DNA of 32,000 nucleotides from Prochlorococcus sp. MIT 0801 (lineage in GTDB: Bacteria; Cyanobacteriota; Cyanobacteriia; PCC-6307; Cyanobiaceae): NCBI RefSeq assembly GCF_000757865.1, contig NZ_CP007754.1, positions 1,800,001 through 1,832,000 on the forward strand, in the 5' to 3' direction. This document shows, in pieces, positions 7,846 to 15,260 of the stretch. Below the pieces are notes generated by a model. The model ran no database searches. It was not told the DNA's origin and was given only the letters and a program-made list of their open reading frames with translations. A program made the translations under genes and the position numbers. Every line of letters starts with the position of its first letter. Position 1 is the first letter of the stretch.

Positions 7846-10800
7846 TTAGTCAAGAACGAAGTTTGTAGCAGCCAAGGTTGTGACATCAGTAACACCTGAA
7901 AGTATTGCCAAATCTGCCACTGCAGTGAAACCTCCAGCAGTTGCGAGAGTAGCTTCAGCAATTCTTACATTACCTCCACTTGCAGCTTGGTAAGCAACTA
8001 CAACTTGTGAGGCAGCTGTATGAACAGATGAACCAATAGTGGTGTTACCCTCTTCAAGAGTATCCAATAATGCAGCAGCGTTAGCGTAGTAGTTGCCTGT
8101 ATTCAGTACAAGAACGTTGTCATTGTCTGCACCAGCGTCATTAAACGTTGTAAGTACATGCAATGCCTCAGTGGTTGTGTTATTGAATGAAGCGAGTGAG
8201 GTTAGATTCAAGATGTCCTTACTTGCACCAGCTTCAAAGTTGGTGATTGTGTCAAGGTTACTTGAACTGTTTGCCGCACCACTCATGTACCAAACGTCGT
8301 TATCGCCTGTAGTTTCTCCAAAGTCAACAACGTCGTTACCTTTGTAAGTGTAGAAGACGTCAACACCATCAGCACCACCATTAAGAGTATCTGTACCAAG
8401 TCCACCCTTAATAGTATCTGCACCGGCAGAACCAGTGATATTGAAACTACCTTCTATTTCAGCAGAGCCGTTGAAATCAAGTTCACCGCTACCACCAGTC
8501 AATACTGCTGCTGTAAGGGTAATTGTCTCTCCTGCAGACAAAGCATCACCCATAACAATTTTCAACTGTTGAGTTGTAGCAGCAGTAACCCCAATCGTTT
8601 CAAATCCTGTGAAACTTGCTCCGAAGGTAGTTGTACCACCCTCAACAGCAGTGATTTGAATGATGTCATTAGCACCAGTACCACCTTTCAGTGTGTCATC
8701 TGCTGTGATTTCTCCATCAGCGGCAATAATTGTTATTGCAGCTGATGATGCCGAACCATCAATTGAGTCAGCACCAGCGTTGATATTCACGGATAGTGCG
8801 TTATCAAAACCAGCTCCAACAGTAACTGTATCTACAGCACTTGCAGCTCCTTGAATACTTGCTATACCCGTTGCATCAGCTTTTGAACCAAGAGTAATTG
8901 TATTTGCACCTCCTGTACCGTCAAGGTTGACAACACTAGTTATGTTCGTGAAGTCAGCATCAACAACTGTTGATGCATCAGAGAATGTAAGGACGTCAGC
9001 TCCATCTCCACCAGAAACGGTATCTGCAGAAGTTAAACTACCCGATGCGAATGTAAATGTATCTGCTCCACCGGCTCCAACAAAGTTAGATTTCTCAGTT
9101 CCACCTGTTATTGAGTCAGCACCAGCACCACCAGTTACGTTGACAGTTGCAAGTGATTCACCTGTACCAGTTTCTCCAGAGACAAAGGTAAACGTAGCTG
9201 CTGTGCTGGTTAAAGCAGATGCGTTAACAGTTAGTGCTTGAGAAGTTGTTGCGTTTTCGTTCTTAGTAGTAACTTTTATAGTATTTGTTGTTGCAGCAGC
9301 GACTGTGACTGTTTCAAATCCAGTAACTGAAGCACCAAGGTTTGCTGTACCTGAATCGGCTGTCAATGTAATTGTGTCACTTGAACCAGTACCACCTTTA
9401 AGTGTGTCATTGGTAGTAATTGAAGCAGCAGCAGCGGCGATATTGACTGCAGCCGCTGAAGCAGAAGCATCAATTACATCATTACCAGTTAAGACGTTTA
9501 CGGTAAGAGCATTATCAAAACCTGCTCCGACGGTAACTGTATCTACACCAGATCCATTACCAGTGATTGTGGCCAAAGCACCAGCATCAGCTACTGAACC
9601 AAGAGTAATGGTGTTAGCAGCATTAGTCGTACCTTGAGTCAATGTCTCAACCGATGTGACATTGGTGAAGTCCGAATCAATAACTGTTGAAGCATCAGAG
9701 ATTGAAAGAATATCAACTCCATCTCCTCCAGAAATTGTATCAACAGATACCAAACCAGCTGAAGTGAAAATAAAAGTATCAATTCCTCCTCCACCAGCAA
9801 AGTTAGATGTCTCTGTTCCAGCTGTAATGGAATCAGCACCAGCACCACCAGTAACGTTGATAGTTGCTGTGCTGTTTTCACTAGATGTGAAAGTTAAAGC
9901 CGCAGCTGTGTTGGTTAAAGCAGATGCGTTAACAGTTAGTGCTTGAGAAGTTGTTGCGTTTTCGTCCTTAGTAGTAATTTTTATGTCATGAGTTGTTGCA
10001 GCAGCGACTGTGACTGTTTCAAATCCAGTAACTGAAGCACCAAGGTTTGCTGTATCTGAACCGGCTGTCAATGTAATTGTGTCACTTGCACCAGTACCAC
10101 CTTTAAGTGTGTCATTGGTAGTAATTGAAGCAGCAGCAGCGGCGATATTGACTGCAGCCGCTGAAGCAGAAGCATCAATTACATCATTACCAGTTAAGAC
10201 GTTTACGGTAAGAGCATTATCAAAACCTGCTCCGACGGTAACTGTATCTACACCAGATCCATTACCAGTGATTGTGGCCAAAGCACCAGCATCAGCTACT
10301 GAACCAAGAGTAATGGTGTTAGCAGCATTAGTCGTACCTTGAGTCAATGTCTCAACCGATGTGACATTGGTGAAGTCCGAGTCAATAACTGTTGAAGCAT
10401 CAGAGATTGAAAGGATATCAACTCCATCTCCTCCAGAAATTGTATCTGTAGATACTAATTGAGCTGAAGTGAAACTAAAGGTATCAATTCCTCCTCCACC
10501 AGCAAAGTTAGATGTCTCTGTTCCAGCTGTAATGGAATCAGCACCAGCACCACCAGTAACGTTGATAGTTGCTGTGCTGTTTTCACTAGATGTGAAAGTT
10601 AAAGCCGCAGCTGTGTTGGTTAAAGCAGATGCGTTAACAGTTAGTGCTTGAGAAGTTGTTGCGTTTTCGTCCTTAGTAGTAATTTTTATGTCATGAGTTG
10701 TTGCAGCAGCGACTGTGACTGTTTCAAATCCAGTAACTGAAGCACCAAGGTTTGCTGTATCTGAACCGGCTGTCAATGTAATTGTGTCACTTGCACCAGT

Positions 10801-13800
10801 ACCACCTTTAAGTGTGTCATTGGTAGTAATTGAAGCAGCAGCAGCGGCGATATTGACTGCAGCCGCTGAAGCAGAAGCATCAATTACATCATTACCAGTT
10901 AAGACGTTTACGGTAAGAGCATTATCAAAACCTGCTCCGACGGTAACTGTATCTACACCAGATCCATTACCAGTGATTGTGGCCAAAGCACCAGCATCAG
11001 CTACTGAACCAAGAGTAATGGTGTTAGCAGCATTAGTCGTACCTTGAGTCAATGTCTCAACCGATGTGACATTGGTGAAGTCCGAGTCAATAACTGTTGA
11101 AGCATCAGAGATTGAAAGGATATCAACTCCATCTCCTCCAGAAATTGTATCTGTAGATACTAATTGAGCTGAAGTGAAACTAAAGGTATCAATTCCTCCT
11201 CCACCAGCAAAGTTAGATGTCTCTGTTCCAGCTGTAATGGAATCAGCACCAGCACCACCAGTAACGTTGATAGTTGCTGTGCTGTTTTCACTAGATGTGA
11301 AAGTTAAAGCCGCAGCTGTGTTGGTTAAAGCAGATGCGTTAACAGTTAGTGCTTGAGAAGTTGTTGCGTTTTCGTCCTTAGTAGTAATTTTTATGTCATT
11401 AGTTGTTGCAGCAGCGACTGTGACTGTTTCAAATCCAGTAACTGAAGCACCAAGGTTTGCTGTACCTGAATCGGCTGTCAATGTAATTGTGTCATTTGCA
11501 CCAGTACCACCTTTGAGTGTGTCATTGGTAGTAATTGAAGCAGCAGCAGCGGCGATATTGACTGCAGCCGCTGAAGCAGAAGCATCAATTTGATCATTAC
11601 CAGTTGCGACATTTACGGTAAGAGCATTATCAAAACCTGCTCCGACGGTAACTGTATCTACACCAGTTCCATTACCAGTGATTGTGGCTAAACCTGAAGC
11701 ATCAGCTAGTGAACCAAGAGTAATGGTGTTAGCAGCATTAGTCGTACCTTGAGTCAATGTCTCAACAGATGTGACATTGTTGAAGTCCGAATCAATAACT
11801 GTTGAAGCATCAGAGATTGAAAGAATATCAACTCCATCTCCTCCAGAAATTGTGTCAACAGATGTCAAACCTGCTGATGTTTCAATGAAAGTATCAATAC
11901 CTGCACCACCTGAAGCGTTATCAGTACCAGTACCAAGTGTGATACTGTCAGCTCCACCTCCAGCGGTAATGGTGTCATCACCAGTACTAGAAATAATAGT
12001 GTCAGCACCTGCTCCGGTAGTGACAGTCATGTCTCCAGTACCAGTAGTTAGGTCTAAATCTCCAGTAGCAGAACCAGCAGAAATCGTTAAAACTTCATTC
12101 CCAAAAGCATTTGTAACTTCAAGATTTTGATCACCACTAATTTCTACTGTCGCTGTATCAACAGCATCAGTAGTAATAGTTGCAACTACATTGGCTGTTG
12201 ATCTAGAAACTAATGAAAGTGTTTCCAGATCGTTAGTTGCACCTGCTGCCCTAGAAATTGTGATTGTTGAGTTTCCAGTTGCTCCATCTAGATTGATCAA
12301 AAGATCATCAGTTGAACCAGCTAGTGCAGTATTAGTAAATTGGAATGTTGAATCACCATCATTTGTATTGATGTTGATTGTTGTAGGTACAGCTACGATA
12401 TTATTGAGGACTAGATTATTATCATTAGAACCAGTATTAGTAATAGTTGTAATACCAGTTGCTGCAGCAAGATTCAAAGTAACAGCTGCGTTACCAGAGG
12501 TTAAGTTGAAAGTTTCAATCGACGTAGAGGTAACTGAGGCAGTATGAGCAGTACTGAATGTTGCGTTTAAAACATCATCGCCATCACCACCTGCTAGCAC
12601 ATCTCCGTTGTTTAATGAATTAGATGTACTTGCGTCGAAAGTATCTGCAACACTTGATCCAGTGAAATCAGATCCGGTGTTAGTACCTGTAGTTAAAACT
12701 AATGTTTTAGCTGTTTGAGCAGGGTCAGTATCGTCATTACTGATCGTACCTGTAGCAGTTACATCAGCAGTAAGGCTTGAACCAGAGAACTTGACCACAA
12801 CTGTCTCATCTGATTCATAGTCTGTATCACCAAGTACAGAAACATTTACCGTCGCTGTCTTTTGACCAGCCGCAAAAGTAATTGTTCCTGATGTTGCTGT
12901 GAAATCTGTACCAACTGTTGCTGTACCAGTAGTTAATGTCTCGTAATTAACTGTGGTTTCAGCAGTTACTGCAGAATCAAGCGTTACTGTAAATGCAAGG
13001 TTTTTTGTACCTGAATCAGTTTCAGTAACACTTGGTGAGGTTGAAGTAAGTGTATAAGTTGAAGCAGCAGCATCGTCATTACTGATCGTACCTGTACCAG
13101 TTACATCAGCAGTAAGGCTTGAACCAGAGAACTTGACCTTAACTGTCTCATCTGATTCAACATCTGTATCACCAAGTACAGAAACATTTACCGTCGCTGT
13201 CTTTTGACCAGCCGCAAAAGTAACTGTTCCTGATGCTGCTGTGAAATCTGTACCAACTGTTGCTGTACCAGTAGTTAATGTCTCGTAATTAACTGTGGTT
13301 TCAGCAGTTGCTGCAGAATCAAGCGTTAATGTAAATGCAAGAGTTTTAGTACCTGAATCAGTTTCAGTAACACTTGGTGAGGTTGAAGTAAGTGTATAAG
13401 TTGAAGCAGCAGCATCGTCATTACTGATCGTACCTGTACCAGTTACATCAGCAGAAAGGCTTGAACCAGAGAACTTGACCTTAACTGTCTCATCTGATTC
13501 AACATCTGTATCACCAAGTACAGAAACATTTACCGTCGCTGTCTTTTGACCAGCCGCAAAAGTAACTGTTCCTGATGTTGCTGTGAAATCTGTACCAACT
13601 GTTGCTGTACCAGTAGTTAATGTCTCGTAATTAACTGTGGTTTCAGCAGTTGCTGCAGAATCAAGCGTTAATGTAAATGCAAGAGTTTTAGTACCTGAAT
13701 CAGTTTCAGTAACACTTGGTGAGGTTGAAGTAAGTGTATAAGTTGAAGCAGCAGCATCGTCATTACTGATCGTACCTGTACCAGTTACATCAGCAGAAAG

Positions 13801-14658
13801 GCTTGAACCAGAGAACTTGACCTTAACTGTCTCATCTGATTCAACATCTGTATCACCAAGTACAGAAACATTTACCGTCGCTGTCTTTTGACCAGCCGCA
13901 AAAGTAACTGTTCCTGATGCTGCTGTGAAGTCATCACCAGCTGTAGCTGTTCCAGTAGTTAATGTCTCGTAGTTAACTGTGGTTTCAGTAGTAGCTGCTT
14001 GATCAAGCGTTAATGTAAATGCAAGAGTTTTAGTACCTGAATCAGTTTCAGTAATGCTTGGCGCGTTAGAAGTAAGTGTATATTTCCCATCTTGGATACC
14101 ATTAGTTTTTATAGTTGTAATACTCGCAGTAACCTGAGCAGCTGTATGAGTTGTATCTTTATCTATACCAGCAATAAATGTTTTACCTTCAGCAAAATTG
14201 TTTCCTTCAACCCATGGATCTGAAGATTGAGGCTGATAAGCAAGAAGAGCTGTAGCATCAGCTTTAACTGCAGCTGTATATGCAACAGCAGCATTCGTTT
14301 TGTTTGTTAGTGCAGTCTTGTCATCATCACTACCAGAATTATTGGTTGCAGCCCATATAAGATCATTAGCTATTGAAGCAAGTTCCAACGCGCCTGAATT
14401 TATCTGTTTAGTCCAATAAACAAGTCCTGCAGCGTCGGCTGATCTATCAAATAGATTTTGATAGATCTGGTTAACTTGAGCCTCTACTGAAAGACTTCCA
14501 TATACAGATTTAAATTCATTCTGAGCGTACTGACTAGCTGCAAAAGCCTTTGTAGTAACGCCTGTGTCGGTCCAATAATCAAGACCAGTTGGATCAGCTG
14601 CGCGTCCGAAGTAAGCGATGTACAGCTGTTGTAGTTGAGTCGCAGTCGCGTTGGCCAT
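7846..14658 (-). CDS. Giant (2270 aa) repeat-rich, probably secreted cell-surface protein: two DUF4214-like motifs, 4 Calx-beta-like modules, 5 x 235-aa RTX-like beta-strand repeats, C-terminal RTX nonapeptide region
   Basis: One uninterrupted ORF starting with ATG. There is no N-terminal signal peptide (MANATATQLQQ...). DUF4214-like motifs are LYIAYFGRAADPTGLDYW and IYQNLFDRSADAAGLVYW. Four 114-aa modules end in ...GDTDVESDETVKVKFSG...GTISNDD (Calx-beta-like). Five 235-aa units carry GGxGxD turns (VTGGAGADSIT, ISGGDGVDIL, LKGGTGASDTITL). A canonical nonapeptide, KGGLGTDTLNGGADGVDVF, lies near the C-terminus, and the protein ends ...ATNFVLD. I saw no Cys anywhere in the translation. Confidence 0.9.
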   Translation of the reverse strand: MANATATQLQQLYIAYFGRAADPTGLDYWTDTGVTTKAFAASQYAQNEFKSVYGSLSVEAQVNQIYQNLFDRSADAAGLVYWTKQINSGALELASIANDLIWAATNNSGSDDDKTALTNKTNAAVAYTAAVKADATALLAYQPQSSDPWVEGNNFAEGKTFIAGIDKDTTHTAAQVTASITTIKTNGIQDGKYTLTSNAPSITETDSGTKTLAFTLTLDQAATTETTVNYETLTTGTATAGDDFTAASGTVTFAAGQKTATVNVSVLGDTDVESDETVKVKFSGSSLSADVTGTGTISNDDAAASTYTLTSTSPSVTETDSGTKTLAFTLTLDSAATAETTVNYETLTTGTATVGTDFTATSGTVTFAAGQKTATVNVSVLGDTDVESDETVKVKFSGSSLSADVTGTGTISNDDAAASTYTLTSTSPSVTETDSGTKTLAFTLTLDSAATAETTVNYETLTTGTATVGTDFTAASGTVTFAAGQKTATVNVSVLGDTDVESDETVKVKFSGSSLTADVTGTGTISNDDAAASTYTLTSTSPSVTETDSGTKNLAFTVTLDSAVTAETTVNYETLTTGTATVGTDFTATSGTITFAAGQKTATVNVSVLGDTDYESDETVVVKFSGSSLTADVTATGTISNDDTDPAQTAKTLVLTTGTNTGSDFTGSSVADTFDASTSNSLNNGDVLAGGDGDDVLNATFSTAHTASVTSTSIETFNLTSGNAAVTLNLAAATGITTITNTGSNDNNLVLNNIVAVPTTININTNDGDSTFQFTNTALAGSTDDLLINLDGATGNSTITISRAAGATNDLETLSLVSRSTANVVATITTDAVDTATVEISGDQNLEVTNAFGNEVLTISAGSATGDLDLTTGTGDMTVTTGAGADTIISSTGDDTITAGGGADSITLGTGTDNASGGAGIDTFIETSAGLTSVDTISGGDGVDILSISDASTVIDSDFNNVTSVETLTQGTTNAANTITLGSLADASGLATITGNGTGVDTVTVGAGFDNALTVNVATGNDQIDASASAAAVNIAAAAASITTNDTLKGGTGANDTITLTADSGTANLGASVTGFETVTVAAATTNDIKITTKDENATTSQALTVNASALTNTAAALTFTSSENSTATINVTGGAGADSITAGTETSNFAGGGGIDTFSFTSAQLVSTDTISGGDGVDILSISDASTVIDSDFTNVTSVETLTQGTTNAANTITLGSVADAGALATITGNGSGVDTVTVGAGFDNALTVNVLTGNDVIDASASAAAVNIAAAAASITTNDTLKGGTGASDTITLTAGSDTANLGASVTGFETVTVAAATTHDIKITTKDENATTSQALTVNASALTNTAAALTFTSSENSTATINVTGGAGADSITAGTETSNFAGGGGIDTFSFTSAQLVSTDTISGGDGVDILSISDASTVIDSDFTNVTSVETLTQGTTNAANTITLGSVADAGALATITGNGSGVDTVTVGAGFDNALTVNVLTGNDVIDASASAAAVNIAAAAASITTNDTLKGGTGASDTITLTAGSDTANLGASVTGFETVTVAAATTHDIKITTKDENATTSQALTVNASALTNTAAALTFTSSENSTATINVTGGAGADSITAGTETSNFAGGGGIDTFIFTSAGLVSVDTISGGDGVDILSISDASTVIDSDFTNVTSVETLTQGTTNAANTITLGSVADAGALATITGNGSGVDTVTVGAGFDNALTVNVLTGNDVIDASASAAAVNIAAAAASITTNDTLKGGTGSSDTITLTADSGTANLGASVTGFETVTVAAATTNTIKVTTKNENATTSQALTVNASALTSTAATFTFVSGETGTGESLATVNVTGGAGADSITGGTEKSNFVGAGGADTFTFASGSLTSADTVSGGDGADVLTFSDASTVVDADFTNITSVVNLDGTGGANTITLGSKADATGIASIQGAASAVDTVTVGAGFDNALSVNINAGADSIDGSASSAAITIIAADGEITADDTLKGGTGANDIIQITAVEGGTTTFGASFTGFETIGVTAATTQQLKIVMGDALSAGETITLTAAVLTGGSGELDFNGSAEIEGSFNITGSAGADTIKGGLGTDTLNGGADGVDVFYTYKGNDVVDFGETTGDNDVWYMSGAANSSSNLDTITNFEAGASKDILNLTSLASFNNTTTEALHVLTTFNDAGADNDNVLVLNTGNYYANAAALLDTLEEGNTTIGSSVHTAASQVVVAYQAASGGNVRIAEATLATAGGFTAVADLAILSGVTDVTTLAATNFVLD
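8380..11905 (-). repeat. Five tandem in-frame copies of a 705-bp (235-aa) coding repeat inside the giant gene; boundaries approximate
   Basis: The marker string gcttgagaagttgttgcgttttcgt recurs at about 9232, 9937, 10642 and 11347 (period 705). By manual alignment, ~9777-10694 and ~10482-11399 are identical. The first mismatch I found is g/t at 10695 versus 11400. The outer copies (8380-9085 and 11200-11905) are progressively more diverged. Confidence 0.9.
12729..14096 (-). repeat. Four tandem in-frame copies of a 342-bp (114-aa) coding repeat (Calx-beta-like modules)
   Basis: The marker (c/t)atcgtcattactgatcgtacc recurs at 12729, 13071, 13413 and 13755 (period 342). The middle copies differ by only a few substitutions. 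The copy closest to the N-terminus is the most diverged. Confidence 0.9.
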
Positions 14659-15260
14659 TCTGGAATTGTGTCTAAGTAAAGGGGATTTGCAGTTTAGCTG
14701 CGGTTACCGAGTAACCAGCTGAAGTGGATCCCGGAGAATATAGGAAGCTGTAAGAAAGCCTGTAGAAATAATTCAACAGACACTCCTCACGAGAATCTCG
14801 CCAAACTATAAACTATTAACCGACAAGCACAATAGATAAAATGTACACTCAAGGAAATCAAGACAATTAAATCAATCAAGTTCTATTTAAAAATTTGAAC
14901 AATGATTTACCAAAAACTATGTAATATCATACTCAAAAAATCACTTGTGAAGTCTCCAAATAGCTTTCCATCACTAACTTCTTCAATTATTTCCAAAAGA
15001 ATAAAACTTGAGCAAAACAAGCGAATCAAATAAGCCATCCTCAATCCCAAAGGACCTAACACTGTTGTGTGCAGAACATAAAGTGCACACCTAGAAAATG
15101 CGATTTATAGAAACTTTTTAAAGAAAAGTAGCCAAAAGCACGAAATAATTACTTGAATTTTTCAATAAAATCAAAAATATTCTCTTGAGAATATGCGCAT
15201 ACCAATGTTAAATATTGAGTAAATATTTTAAATAATTTTATAAGGCGTATTCGAAAGGCG

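Noticed and set aside
9639-9881. Minus-strand 80-aa ORF in an alternative frame of the giant gene.
   Set aside because: It is fully nested out of frame in a strongly supported long ORF. The translation is Leu/Gln-rich low-complexity sequence. It occurs in only one of the near-identical repeat copies, so it is not conserved even within the array.
8093-12547. A series of plus-strand ORFs of 60-119 aa (8093-8347, 8660-8854, 8927-9241, 9305-9637, 9656-9946, 10010-10342, 10469-10651, 10715-11047, 11174-11356, 11393-11593, 11771-12130, 12191-12547), several of them identical to each other.
   Set aside because: All lie antisense to the 2270-aa ORF and repeat only because the sense gene repeats. Their Ala/Pro/Val/Ser-rich translations are what the reverse complement of GCN/GGN/ACN/GAY-rich codons produces, since that composition gives few antisense stops. 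They have no independent start context or known motifs.
8380-14096. Checked whether the tandem repeats could be a CRISPR array or a non-coding satellite.
   Set aside because: The periods (705 and 342 bp) are far longer than CRISPR repeat-spacer units. There are no unique spacers between short repeats. Both periods are multiples of 3 and sit inside one continuous reading frame. No cas genes are present.
7846-14658. The higher G+C of the giant gene relative to its flanks as a sign of recent horizontal transfer from a GC-richer donor.
   Set aside because: Reading codons across the repeats, third positions are still mostly A/T (GCT, GGT, ACT, ACA, GAT, AAT...). The excess G+C therefore comes from first and second positions of Ala/Gly/Thr/Asp codons, which is amino-acid composition rather than foreign codon usage. 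A proper GC3/codon-adaptation calculation would settle this.
14740-14830. A plus-strand Yfr1-like sRNA gene, suggested by the ACTCCTCAC motif.
   Set aside because: Yfr1 has stable stem-loops on both sides of the motif and a terminator with a U-run. Here I find only 4-bp potential stems (CTGT...ACAG, CGAG-AAT-CTCG) and no T-run. The motif also deviates after 9 nt (GAG instead of AC). It is kept only as a possible target site.
14902-15033. A 43-aa plus-strand ORF (MIYQKLCNIILKKSLVKSPNSFPSLTSSIISKRIKLEQNKRIK) in the long intergenic region.
   Set aside because: It is below any reliable size threshold in AT-rich DNA. It has no recognisable RBS, no known motif, and a Lys/Ile/Ser-rich composition typical of random AT-rich translation. 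Ribosome profiling or conservation would be needed to revive it.
15067-15090. A 7-bp hairpin (GTGTGCA-GAACATAAAG-TGCACAC) in the intergenic region.
   Set aside because: No U-tract follows on either strand, and no gene ends nearby that it could terminate. An isolated short hairpin is not enough to call a regulatory element.
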